A stretch of DNA of 64,000 bases from Candidatus Bathyarchaeota archaeon (GTDB lineage: Archaea > Thermoproteota > Bathyarchaeia > Bathyarchaeales > Bathycorpusculaceae). Positions 28,130 to 38,023 of the stretch are shown in pieces. Within the stretch, counting starts at the first letter, position 1. Each line of letters opens with the position of its first letter. The notes under the pieces were generated by a model. It saw only the letters and a list, made by a program, of their open reading frames with translations, had not been told where the DNA came from and made no database searches. The stretch lies in assembly GCA_963782525.1 (NCBI GenBank), contig CAWAKC010000001.1, positions 448,001 through 512,000 on the forward strand, written 5' to 3'. The position numbers and the translations under genes were made by a program.

Positions 28130-29023
28130 ATGAGAAAGGGAAAGGGGACTTCCACAAGCAAATTCGGCACCTCAAAAAGAGAGAATCATGATTCATCCCT
28201 TTTCTACAACTCAAAGCTGTATCAGGGAAGAACCCCAAAAAATCAACCGACTAATGTCGTTGAGAATCAAATAAATGCAGACGTCTTAGACAGAATATAT
28301 TGTTCAAGCAGCGAAAAAATGACTGAATTACCCGATAACAGTGTTCATCTAATGGTCACTTCGCCACCGTATAATGTCTCTAAGGAGTACGATCAAAATC
28401 TTAGTTTGGATGAGTACCGCACTCTACTTCTCAATGTGTTTAAAGAAGTTTACCGTGTGCTCGTTTGCGGTGGAAGGGCATGTATAAACGTAGCGAACGT
28501 TGGAAGAAAACCCTACATTCCACTGCATAGCTATATTATTCAAGATTTGCTCTGCCACGAAGTCGGCTTTCATATGCGTGGGGAGGTAATCTGGGATAAG
28601 TCTGCGAGTTCGGGAACTTCAACAGCATGGGGAAGCTGGAAATCAGCGACTAACCCAACCTTAAGAGATACGCATGAATACATTTTGATTTTTTCAAAGG
28701 ATACCTATTCAAGAAGCGGAAGAGGAAAGAAGAATACCATATCTGCCCAAGAATTCTTATCATTCACCAAGAGCGTTTGGACGTTTCCTACGGAATCCGC
28801 TAAAAGGGTTGGTCATCCCGCTCCTTTTCCCGTGGAGTTACCATATAGGCTAATTCAGTTGTATACTTTTGAAGACGATATAGTTCTCGACCCGTTTATG
28901 GGGAGTGGCGCAACCGCACTTGCGTCACTTAGAACCAATCGCCACTTTATTGGCTATGACACTAAACCCGAATATGTGAAGTTAGCGGAAAAGAGAATTA
29001 AAGCTGAAGTAGCCGACTTGTAG
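28130..29023 (+). CDS. Site-specific DNA methyltransferase, beta class (N4-C/N6-A)
   Basis: TSPPY catalytic motif precedes HPAPFP and the SAM-binding motif DPFMGSG. Confidence 0.9.
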   Translation: MRKGKGTSTSKFGTSKRENHDSSLFYNSKLYQGRTPKNQPTNVVENQINADVLDRIYCSSSEKMTELPDNSVHLMVTSPPYNVSKEYDQNLSLDEYRTLLLNVFKEVYRVLVCGGRACINVANVGRKPYIPLHSYIIQDLLCHEVGFHMRGEVIWDKSASSGTSTAWGSWKSATNPTLRDTHEYILIFSKDTYSRSGRGKKNTISAQEFLSFTKSVWTFPTESAKRVGHPAPFPVELPYRLIQLYTFEDDIVLDPFMGSGATALASLRTNRHFIGYDTKPEYVKLAEKRIKAEVADL

Positions 29024-29069
29024 GCTAAGCAAGAACAAACAAAACTATCAAATAGAAACGTAGTAATTT

Positions 29070-29412
29070 TTACCTTAAAAAATTTTGAAACCAAGAGAGC
29101 GCATTAGCCCTTTTAACCTTCAATAAACTAACAAATTTCATTAATTGCCTTTCTTCGGTTACATCAAAGATACCGTCGATATCTCTGTCCTTGTAATCTA
29201 TCAATTCATCAGAGCATAACGTTTGTTGCGATGTAGAAATAAGAGCCCACTTTTTTTCTTTTAAATTCTTCAGCATTACTGAAAGCTTTCTTCTCAGTAT
29301 CACTTCTGAGCATTCATGCTCTGCACAGCTGGCAGATAGTTCCATCTGGATTCTACACGTAAGTTGCTGAGCCTTTTGCCTCTATTCCAATTATTCTAGG
29401 TATACCAAAATC
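29070..29412 (-). pseudogene. Decayed PD-(D/E)xK restriction endonuclease-like gene
   Basis: One frame reads IIGIEAKGSATYV*NPDGTICQLCRA*MLRSDTEKKAFSNA...FYIATN, with stops at 29353-55 and 29314-16 and a later frameshift. Convergent with the MTase. Confidence 0.5.
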
Positions 29413-29568
29413 GATTAACCGTGAAACATACAAACTGCATCATTTTTCCAAACCAATTTTGAAGATTGGTCGGTTTAGATTTGGATAAGATTTTGAAAAA
29501 CCGTTAAAAGCGATGTTGCTACGTCCCAATATTAAGTTCGTTATTTAGGACCATAACCAAAAATTTCC

Positions 29569-30957
29569 GTGCCACCGGTGAAAAAAATATTTCATTTAAC
29601 AATAAACAAAAAAACAATACCCATGGTTGTAGCAATTACTGGGTTAATTCTGATGCTTTCCAGTTTTTCGTCAATAGTCAATGGTGAGACTAACAGTAAC
29701 TTTACTTTACCCTGCACAATCAACACGTACGGAAACGCTTGGAACGGCACAATAGCCTTTGACTTAGCAGGAACAATCAATGCTTTAGTGGTTATGAACA
29801 CTAACGGCACAATAGTAAACATGCGCCAATCCTCAACCAGTTACGACGGAGCAACCTACAACATAGCACCTGACACTATAATGTTCGAGGGCGAACCGAG
29901 CTTAAATTTGACTGGAACCGCTTGGTCAACTTGCGCCACACATATCTGGAACCTGGACACCAACACGACCGAAGACTTCCCAAACGTTCTTAGCGAACAT
30001 GACATTCAATACGACCCAGCAAACAACACTTTTCTGACCTTACAGGATTACGTACGCCAAATAGGGAACAACTCGTTTCTCTTTGACAAGATAGTGCAGG
30101 TTGATGCAAACGGCAACATCCTTTGGACTTGGGATACCTACAACTACATACCTCTAAGCGAGGCTTCTCCATTCAACGAGACAGTTAAACTCAAAATAAC
30201 AGCACAAACAGAAGAAGATTTCACGCATGCAAACACCCTCGACTGGGACTACAACAACGGCATTATTTACCTAAACTTACGCAACACCAACACATTCTAC
30301 AAGATTAATCAAACCACAGGAGACATAGTTTGGGCGTGCGGCGAATTCGGCAACTTCACCCTTCTTGATACAAATAACAACCCAGTTTCAAGTTTATGGT
30401 ACCACAGTCACGACCTCAAAGAAGTAGCTCCAGACGTATTCACCATGTTTGATAACGACTTCGACAACAACACTAACCCCGACAACTGCCACAGTCAACT
30501 CATGGAGGTTACTTTAAACGAAACAAGCATGACCGCCTATGTAAACTGGAGTTGGGAAGCCCCAAAACAATATTGGAACAACTACGGAGGAGCAACAGTG
30601 ATTCTTCCAAACGGAGACTACCTCGGCGATTTTGGGGACCCAACACACCAATTAACGCAAAACCAACCTTGGAACTTCAATAACACAGGAGCGGTATTTG
30701 TTGAAGTGAACCCAGCTGGACAAATAATGAGAACTTGGACGTTTCCAGTAGGATGGTTCAGCTACCGAGTTGAAGCATTAACCCAGCAAGCATCTGCCTC
30801 TCCAACGGAGACGCCAACCCCAACAAACTCGGGCTTTTCACAAACAACAATTGTCAGCATTGCACTTGCAGTGGTTTTAATAGTGGTCGCGGTATTAGCG
30901 CTCTCAGTCTATTTTAGAAAAAAAGCTAAAACAAAATTCAGCATTGAACACCAATAG
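29569..30957 (+). CDS. Arylsulfotransferase (ASST)-family protein, secreted and membrane-anchored
   Basis: EHD, DFTHANTLD, HSHD and FDN motifs. Signal peptide and C-terminal TM. Confidence 0.75.
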   Translation: MPPVKKIFHLTINKKTIPMVVAITGLILMLSSFSSIVNGETNSNFTLPCTINTYGNAWNGTIAFDLAGTINALVVMNTNGTIVNMRQSSTSYDGATYNIAPDTIMFEGEPSLNLTGTAWSTCATHIWNLDTNTTEDFPNVLSEHDIQYDPANNTFLTLQDYVRQIGNNSFLFDKIVQVDANGNILWTWDTYNYIPLSEASPFNETVKLKITAQTEEDFTHANTLDWDYNNGIIYLNLRNTNTFYKINQTTGDIVWACGEFGNFTLLDTNNNPVSSLWYHSHDLKEVAPDVFTMFDNDFDNNTNPDNCHSQLMEVTLNETSMTAYVNWSWEAPKQYWNNYGGATVILPNGDYLGDFGDPTHQLTQNQPWNFNNTGAVFVEVNPAGQIMRTWTFPVGWFSYRVEALTQQASASPTETPTPTNSGFSQTTIVSIALAVVLIVVAVLALSVYFRKKAKTKFSIEHQ

Positions 30958-30959
30958 CA

Positions 30960-31799
30960 TCAGCTTAGTGCAGGAGCTAGCATTGGCGGGTACGTTGCAG
31001 CAGGATGTTCAACGTACAGCAATATCATGAGTGCTGAAATTGAAGGGTGCCAATTTGTGTTGTAAGGTGTATCTTGTATGGTAGACCAGCCGCCGTCGGT
31101 ATACTGAGCTGATAAGATGTTTTGCACGAAGACAGGGTTAACCAGGTTACCTTGCCCTGCCTGGTAGAGGAAAGCAGCGGCTTCAAGTTCAATGTCATCG
31201 ACTCGTGAGCCATCGCCTATTAATGCGGCGTTGTCTTGGTAGAGGGTACTTTTGAAGTCTTTTGGTAGTTGGAGGCTACAGTTGTTATTTTGCAGCCAGA
31301 TGGTCGCTAACAACGTGTGGGTCAGTAAGTTGCCTCCGCCATTAACTGAGTCTGTGAGCTGGGAAAGGTAATCGTCAGGCAGAGTGATTCGGTCGCAGTA
31401 GAGAGCTGGAACCGTGAGGCGATCAAGCTGGTTTGTCACCGAAAGGAAATCCTTGGGTGAAACCACATTGTTATAGTCTGCAATGCGTCGGAATATTCGG
31501 GATATTGGGTCTGGGTTAGAAGCAAACTGCTCGTCGAATTGTTGCAATGAATCGTTGAATTCTGCTATGCCGAACTGTCGGTACATCACGTTAAGCATCA
31601 ACAAACCCATAGGTTCCTTTACCTGCCTCAAATAAGCAATGCCACGGCTTATTGCTTGCTGTAACGCCTTATCGTTCGGTTGCAAGGAAGTTTGAGGTTC
31701 ATCATCAGAAGGCGCTGAGGGCCACTTTAGAAGTAGCGAAACCGTCAATAGACTGCATATTACGAGAAAAACGCAGAGCGCTATTAGCGGTTTCTTCAT
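30960..31799 (-). CDS. Membrane-anchored hypothetical protein with a QW (prenyltransferase-like) repeat
   Basis: N-terminal TM, AISRGIAYL and ILSAQYTDGGW. Confidence 0.6.
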   Translation of the reverse strand: MKKPLIALCVFLVICSLLTVSLLLKWPSAPSDDEPQTSLQPNDKALQQAISRGIAYLRQVKEPMGLLMLNVMYRQFGIAEFNDSLQQFDEQFASNPDPISRIFRRIADYNNVVSPKDFLSVTNQLDRLTVPALYCDRITLPDDYLSQLTDSVNGGGNLLTHTLLATIWLQNNNCSLQLPKDFKSTLYQDNAALIGDGSRVDDIELEAAAFLYQAGQGNLVNPVFVQNILSAQYTDGGWSTIQDTPYNTNWHPSISALMILLYVEHPAATYPPMLAPALS

Positions 31800-32045
31800 A
31801 CTTTATCTAATCAGTTGAATAGTTTTTAATCTTATATAATTTCATCATTTCAATGAACAAAAATACAACTAACAGAATCGAGAGTTTGCTTTTTTGTTTC
31901 TTTACACCTTCGACAACAAGAAATTGAACTCTTTTTAAATTTTGATCCAAAGGTCCTGAGAACCTCTTCCCAGAAAAAATCAGAAACCTTGAAAAGAAGC
32001 AAGATTAAAAAGAAAAAAAGAGGATTTTGTTTTGTTTTTGTTGGC

Positions 32046-34937
32046 TTATGCTCGTTTCCTAAGTAACAATACTACCAGCATTATGAGGACTATGATGATT
32101 AAGACAAATAGTCCTGCGGCTACGGGAACAAAGTACATGTCAGCGGCAGAAGCGGTTGGCTCTGTTGATACCGGCGTAGGAGATGTTGATACTTCGCGTA
32201 CTGACATGTAAGTTGAATCAGAAGAGGGTCCGTACGCTTTGGAGCCTGCAAAGGTTGCGATTATCTGGTATTGGCCTGGAACTTCGGGAGTGAATTGTGT
32301 ACCGTATTTTCCGTATATGTCGCTTGTCACAGTGCCGATTGGGATTGTGTTGCCGTTTGGATCAATAGCTGTTAATGTTACTGGAACTCCTGTTGCGTTT
32401 GATGGCTTAATTTGGTTCTCAAACATGTATTCCATCCATCGTCCCATGCTAGCATCGGATATTGCTGGTGTGCCTTGTAGTGTGAAGTCGAATTGGTAGT
32501 TGTCATTGCGTCTTCCAGTAGGAGTCTGATCCGTCATTGTACCTGTAATCTCTACGCTGGAGCCAAGTGTTGGAACCACTTCTGGTGCGGAAACTGTGGT
32601 TGCGCTAGGTCCTAGACCGATGCAGTAGATTTGGTTGTCCATGTAGTTGAGGCCTACGACTTTTCCGTCTCCCATTTGAATGTATTGCCCTGTGAGGTGC
32701 GCTCCGTTATCAGCTCCCATACCCAGTAAGTTCCATATTTCTGTTCCGTCAGTTGCATTAACGCAACGAATGTTAGGTCCTCGCCAAAGGGGATTAGTGA
32801 CTGAATGCTCACCTGTCAATGTGTAGATTTTTCCATCGCAAATGGCAAAGATGTTGATTGGGTAGTTGCCGTAAGGAGATTCACCACCGATGTTGGTTGC
32901 AGTGAAGTTCCATTCTTGTTTTCCTGTTGTAATGTTATATGCGATTACTACTCCGCCGTATCCTGAGGTGATGAAGAGACCCTGGTAGTAATTGTACTGG
33001 GTGCTGTAGTAGTTTTCATCGGGTTCCGATGCAGATTGCCAAAGTTCCGCTCCCGTCTTCATGTCATAGCCCCAATAGGTCAGTTTCTTAGTGGAGTGGA
33101 AGATAATGACTCCGTCTTCAGGATAAATGCCTATCAAGCCTACTGAAAGAAAAGTGCCTACAGTTTCGTTTTGAGCAAGCGACACAAAAGGTGGTGTGAA
33201 AGTTGATGTCCACAATTGTTTACCCTCTTGTCCTCTGTCTAGACTGAGTGCCCACAATTGACCATTCACGACTCCTAGTTCATTGTTTGATCCGCCAGTT
33301 CCGACGATGACATAGCCGCCTACGTTATCTGAGAATCCTGTGTTTGGAGCATTATCTGTTCCGACACGAACGCATTGTATTGTGCCTGTTTGGTTGACTA
33401 TGGCATTTATTGGTCCGTTAATGTTTGGTATCGAAACGTTGAATGACCACGCAGTGCTTCCGTCAAATACTAGACCATTGCTGTATGCTGGTCCTCCACC
33501 AAAACCGCCTCCTTCGGGCCTAAATTGCCAATAAGAAGTTCCGGTTCCTGGCGGTGTCGCAGTTAATCCTTGTACGTTAGTGTTGTTCCAGCAGCTTAAG
33601 TAGTAACTGGGGTTGTCAGTGGTTCCTTTGTTGACAATGTTGTAATATAGTATTTCTCCATTATTGCCAATGACCTGTGTTCCTACAGCAGTTACGTTAC
33701 CGATGTAGCATATGTGGCGCAGTGGCAGTGTATATCCGTCCAGCATTTCCCAGTTAGGTGATGGTGGTCCAGCAAAGAAGAAACCGCCACCGACAGGTTG
33801 CTGTTGTGCAGCGCTCGTATAACCAGCTGGCAAAGTAACGCCTGATGTCCGCCACAAGAATGAATAGGCTCCGTGTTGGTTGGGCGAGTTGTACATGTAG
33901 ATTTGGCCAAGATTCGGCATCGTCTTGTTTTCGTACTCTATTAAGTTACCAGTGTATAGATCAATGACGTTAAAGCCCGTCGCTGAAGCTTCTTGCGTGT
34001 AGGCATCTGCGCGATCCGCATAAAACACTCTTCCATTCAGGATTATCGAGTCGAATTCCAAGCCTTGATAGTGTCCTGTCATGTACCCTTCGTCACCAAA
34101 CCGGGCGTCAGCGTAGCCTCCGACATATTGCGGTCTTGTCCAAAGTATATGGCTAGTATCTGTCCCTGCACCATAAACAAAACGTGTGGTTGTGCCGCCA
34201 GCTTGTCCTGTAGGTTGATTCCAAGCACCATTAAGCCAGTTTCCTGGTAATACACTCCATTGCCTAGCTGCGTTGTTTATGGGTCGTGTCCAATAGTCAC
34301 TCGGAAGCGGAGATTCAGTCCATAGAGGTACTGGATTCTCCTGGCAGTAGAATGTCGCTGGATTACTCTTAGCGGCGAGATAGTGCTGGTTTTGTGAAAC
34401 AGCAAGATTTGGATTGACGTTATAGCCAACTTCATGTGGACCTAGAGTCTGAGTTCCATTGGGCAATGTAACGATAGTGGTGTTTTTCCATGTGTCAGGG
34501 AAGATAGAAACAACCGAATATGTACCGATTTTGGTTGGAACATATGTCGCATATCCTCCGCCTACTGGGTCGCTATCTCCAAGAGTAATGATTGTTGAAT
34601 TTCCATCGGGGTCTGTGACATTGAATTGTTGACCTGTCCATGCAGCTCTATGCAGTGGAGCATTAACTAAGCCGTCTGTTTCGCCGATATCTGGGGGTAT
34701 ATCTGCAGTCCAGAGAACGAGCAGATTCTGTTGACCTACACCTATAACGTTACTTCCGACACTAACGTATGAGTACTCGAAATATGAGCTTACGAGGGGA
34801 CTGTTTGGGGCAAGAGCGCTAGTAGATGGCAAACTTGTAAGGGCAGCAGATGAAGAAAGCAGTAGCAGCATAATTATTGCAGTTGTTGTTGTATTATTTT
34901 TCGAGAATTTCACAGTTTTATTTTTCAAAATTTTCAT
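32046..34937 (-). CDS. PQQ-like beta-propeller surface protein, paralog 7 (963 aa)
   Basis: Same architecture. Closest to paralog 3. Confidence 0.85.
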   Translation of the reverse strand: MKILKNKTVKFSKNNTTTTAIIMLLLLSSSAALTSLPSTSALAPNSPLVSSYFEYSYVSVGSNVIGVGQQNLLVLWTADIPPDIGETDGLVNAPLHRAAWTGQQFNVTDPDGNSTIITLGDSDPVGGGYATYVPTKIGTYSVVSIFPDTWKNTTIVTLPNGTQTLGPHEVGYNVNPNLAVSQNQHYLAAKSNPATFYCQENPVPLWTESPLPSDYWTRPINNAARQWSVLPGNWLNGAWNQPTGQAGGTTTRFVYGAGTDTSHILWTRPQYVGGYADARFGDEGYMTGHYQGLEFDSIILNGRVFYADRADAYTQEASATGFNVIDLYTGNLIEYENKTMPNLGQIYMYNSPNQHGAYSFLWRTSGVTLPAGYTSAAQQQPVGGGFFFAGPPSPNWEMLDGYTLPLRHICYIGNVTAVGTQVIGNNGEILYYNIVNKGTTDNPSYYLSCWNNTNVQGLTATPPGTGTSYWQFRPEGGGFGGGPAYSNGLVFDGSTAWSFNVSIPNINGPINAIVNQTGTIQCVRVGTDNAPNTGFSDNVGGYVIVGTGGSNNELGVVNGQLWALSLDRGQEGKQLWTSTFTPPFVSLAQNETVGTFLSVGLIGIYPEDGVIIFHSTKKLTYWGYDMKTGAELWQSASEPDENYYSTQYNYYQGLFITSGYGGVVIAYNITTGKQEWNFTATNIGGESPYGNYPINIFAICDGKIYTLTGEHSVTNPLWRGPNIRCVNATDGTEIWNLLGMGADNGAHLTGQYIQMGDGKVVGLNYMDNQIYCIGLGPSATTVSAPEVVPTLGSSVEITGTMTDQTPTGRRNDNYQFDFTLQGTPAISDASMGRWMEYMFENQIKPSNATGVPVTLTAIDPNGNTIPIGTVTSDIYGKYGTQFTPEVPGQYQIIATFAGSKAYGPSSDSTYMSVREVSTSPTPVSTEPTASAADMYFVPVAAGLFVLIIIVLIMLVVLLLRKRA

Positions 34938-35167
34938 TCTCCTAAAAAATTTTGGAGAACTATTACTAGTTATGCAAGTACTCTCTTATAAAATTTTCAA
35001 AGGGTTCATAGCTAAGAAGCTGGACTCCGAAGAAGTTTTATTATTGAATCCATATTTTTCATTGTAAGGCATTTCATTTTTAATGGTTCCAGAAACTGGA
35101 CGGTTTGTTCGTGTGCTTGGTGCTAAATAATCCAGTATTCTTAGTGTAGAGCAAGCAAGGGATGTAA

Positions 35168-35545
35168 ATGAAAAACAAAAACCTAATAGTCATAACCCTC
35201 TTGGCAACTGTTCTTCTCAGCGGAGCCTTCGTTTCTTTGGCTGCCGCAGACGATAACGTTTCCGACGTACCGACTCCTGAACCAATAACTGCACCACCTG
35301 ACGCTTCAGCAGCAGATTCAAGTGACAATTCAACCGCAAATCAAGGAGACAACGTGCTATACACAATACAAGACAACAGCACAGCCACAAACGATATCCA
35401 AGTACCCGGTGAAGCGCAACCAGATCTTATAGCAGCAAAAACAAGCACACCTGACAACACTTTACTGATTGCAGCAATCGCAACAGTTTTGGCAATTGCC
35501 GTCGGTGGTGTTATTGGAGTTTTCTTTTACCGCAAAAAGGTTTAA
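35168..35545 (+). CDS. Small acidic surface protein
   Basis: Signal peptide, D/T/P-rich linker, TM + RKKV. Confidence 0.7.
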   Translation: MKNKNLIVITLLATVLLSGAFVSLAAADDNVSDVPTPEPITAPPDASAADSSDNSTANQGDNVLYTIQDNSTATNDIQVPGEAQPDLIAAKTSTPDNTLLIAAIATVLAIAVGGVIGVFFYRKKV

Positions 35546-35780
35546 CACAGCTTAAACAAAGCTTTAATTTTTCTCTTTTTCTGTTTTTGAAAAAAATTGG
35601 GAGATAAATTGGTTGGTTGTTGGGTGGATGCAATCAAATATTTTTAATAAGTATCCAATCGCTAAGAGACTTGTTTTAAACTTTGCCGATTTTAAGTCGG
35701 AGGTGAAATATTTGCCTAAAAAGAAGTAAGAATCTGACCTGAAAAGGACCGCGCCACGTGTTACAATTCCCAAACCTGAA

Positions 35781-35882
35781 ATGACTGATGATAAGAAATT
35801 CAAGTGCCCTATTGACCCAGAGGTTTATGGTAACCGCAAGGATTACGATGCGCACTGTAAAGAAGAACATGACGTCCTATAA
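35781..35882 (+). CDS. Micro zinc-finger-like protein (KFKCPID...HCKEEH)
   Basis: C2H2-like spacing with Asp at the second ligand position. In frame with an RBS-TTG at 35712 that is interrupted by TAA 35727. Confidence 0.45.
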   Translation: MTDDKKFKCPIDPEVYGNRKDYDAHCKEEHDVL

Positions 35883-35937
35883 AGTAAGCTACAATTTGCC
35901 TGATTTGGGATTATTTCAGTGGAATTGAAGGTTGCTT

Positions 35938-36093
35938 TTAGCGGATTGCTTCGTCTATTTTTTGGTCACGTTTTGTTCGTGTGACTTCTTTGAATAGTTC
36001 CAAGCATTCTTCTTTTGTTGGAGCTTCAATTCCGATGCTGCCATAAGCGCCTATGTCGATTCTATATTTTCTTTTATCTTCGTTTTGACTCAT
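35938..36093 (-). CDS. 51-aa hypothetical protein (MSQNEDKRKYRIDIGAYG...)
   Basis: GGAGG RBS upstream. Continues the tfe operon direction. Confidence 0.55.
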   Translation of the reverse strand: MSQNEDKRKYRIDIGAYGSIGIEAPTKEECLELFKEVTRTKRDQKIDEAIR

Positions 36094-36141
36094 TTGAGCC
36101 CCTCCCCCGTACAATCAAATTTCAAGTATCTATGTACGCTA

Positions 36142-36924
36142 TTATAAGGTTAATGTATGTTCACTCATTAATTCGAGGCTTTTCTTAGCGTTAAAAACCA
36201 CAAAAACCGAGTTCCTCAGGTACCGACCTATTATCCCCACCAAACCCGCTGCGTAAGTCCCAAGCTTACAGGTCAAAGCATACTCAAACATACCCAAAGT
36301 TTCGACATCAATTACATCCCGATTCAACCGAGTCCGCTCGAGCACTTCATCTATTTTTTCTTTAGAAGCACCCAAAATAATCAGCCTATCCAGCAAAGAC
36401 TGTTGCCAAGCATGAAGCTTCTCAACTTGTTCCAGCGCCAATTCCGCATGCAATCCTTCAGCTTCTTCAGTCATAGAAGAAATTGGTTTAATGCTCAGAG
36501 GTAAACGTTCGGCTAAGCTGTACATTTCTGCGATGTTCTTCAAATCCACCGCTCTACCGTTCACAAGTTGCGATTGCAAATTTGCCACAGGTATGATAGC
36601 TGGAATCGTTTTGGGTTCAAAAATTCCGACGTCCACGAGTAACTCTTGCCTGTTGAAATCAATTTTTTCAACGAACCCTTTTAAGAGGGGCAGGTTTTTG
36701 GCGTTTTCGAGGTTTGTGGGGCATGTGCCTATTTTTTTGTTGATGTAGCTTGTGGCTATGGCTTCGTCTTCGCCTGAAAGTGAAACCTGGACCCATCTGT
36801 TGGCGGTGCTGGTTAAGACTTTTACTTCAACATCTAACTCTTCGAACTGGGTTTTTAACAGTTCATCTATTTGTTTGACTTGCCCAAGGTTTGAGGCTTT
36901 AACTAATAATGTTAAGTTGGTCAT
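36142..36924 (-). CDS. DUF2110-family protein
   Basis: DRLIILG and CKLGT.AAGLV...G motifs. Usual archaeal position downstream of tfe. Confidence 0.7.
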   Translation of the reverse strand: MTNLTLLVKASNLGQVKQIDELLKTQFEELDVEVKVLTSTANRWVQVSLSGEDEAIATSYINKKIGTCPTNLENAKNLPLLKGFVEKIDFNRQELLVDVGIFEPKTIPAIIPVANLQSQLVNGRAVDLKNIAEMYSLAERLPLSIKPISSMTEEAEGLHAELALEQVEKLHAWQQSLLDRLIILGASKEKIDEVLERTRLNRDVIDVETLGMFEYALTCKLGTYAAGLVGIIGRYLRNSVFVVFNAKKSLELMSEHTLTL

Positions 36925-37451
36925 GGTTTGTTGCCTAGTAAGGTGGTTATTTCATCGTATAGCTTTCTAACTCTTTCTGCTGCTTCCCTCTTATTTTCTT
37001 TCTGCAGCTTAGTAATTTCTGTTTCAACCGGCTTTCTTTTTCCGTGATCAATCAATTTGTCGGCGTAGCAGACAACTTTCTCCTCCAGCGTTTGGGGTAT
37101 GTAGGTGTCTTTTGGCCAACCCAGTTTTGCTGCTTCATTAGCTGAGATTCCTGCGCCAACATGCCGCTTAATTATTCTAATAATGGATTCCGGTAAGCCT
37201 AGTGCCTGTGCCATTTGGGCTCCGATTATTGCGTGGTCAACTGTGTGGTTTTTTGAGCGACCAAGGTCATGCAAAAGTGCACCTGCGTTAACCAAATCAA
37301 CGTCAATAGTTAGTCCTTTCTCTTGAAGTTTCTTTGCCGTTTCCACAGCTAAATCTGCAACGGCTTCACAGTGGTGGATGACTTGAAGTGGACACTTGTT
37401 GATGCGGAGAAGTTCTATAGCTTGCTCCCTACTCGGAAGCAGGCTATTCAC
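36921..37451 (-). CDS. HD-superfamily (HDIG) metal-dependent hydrolase
   Basis: HCEAV, LLHDLG, RHVGAG and EEKVVCYADK motifs. Confidence 0.85.
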   Translation of the reverse strand: MNSLLPSREQAIELLRINKCPLQVIHHCEAVADLAVETAKKLQEKGLTIDVDLVNAGALLHDLGRSKNHTVDHAIIGAQMAQALGLPESIIRIIKRHVGAGISANEAAKLGWPKDTYIPQTLEEKVVCYADKLIDHGKRKPVETEITKLQKENKREAAERVRKLYDEITTLLGNKP

Positions 37452-37956
37452 CCAGTTCCTTCCTTAAGATCTCAACTTTCTCTGAAAGCTTGCTTATCAT
37501 CAGCTCGTTTCCAAAATGTACGAGGTTTTTGCCGCATGTGGAACAGTGAAAAACTAGTTCAACTGCTTCTTCGAAAGGAACCCGTTTACATTCGAGACTG
37601 TCACAGTAGTAGAAGTCATGGTTTTTTTCGTATTCCAACCTTACATTGAGTTTTTCTAAAACACGCCTTTTCTGACTTAAAATAAAGCCTTCAAGTTGGT
37701 CTGGTTGAAGTTTCCAGTGAAAAATAAACCAGCCAGTCTTTGGGTCTCGTGTCCTTCTTAGGCTTACGAGCGAGTGGTCGTAGAGTTTATAGAGGATTTT
37801 GCGGACTGAATTGAGGCGAATACCTGTTTTGTTTGCGATTTCATCGTCAGTTATCTCTTCCACGCCTTTTAAGTGAGCTATAAGTTGAACTGCTTCTTCT
37901 CCACCTAACGCCAACGCTACTTTCGTTAAGGTTGAATCATCAATAGTCGCTAACAT
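37444..37956 (-). CDS. tfe: Transcription factor E (alpha)
   Basis: TDDEIA..VRKILYKL..TGWFIFHW, plus a C-terminal Zn ribbon. Confidence 0.95.
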   Translation of the reverse strand: MLATIDDSTLTKVALALGGEEAVQLIAHLKGVEEITDDEIANKTGIRLNSVRKILYKLYDHSLVSLRRTRDPKTGWFIFHWKLQPDQLEGFILSQKRRVLEKLNVRLEYEKNHDFYYCDSLECKRVPFEEAVELVFHCSTCGKNLVHFGNELMISKLSEKVEILRKELGE

Positions 37957-38023
37957 ACACTAATGTTCCTTTTTGAATACCCTAATAATTGAAACTTGAG
38001 GTAATAAAACCCTTCCCAAAACA

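Noticed and set aside
29070-29345. 91-aa ORF as an intact gene
   Set aside because: Better explained as a mostly off-frame reading of a decayed nuclease gene.
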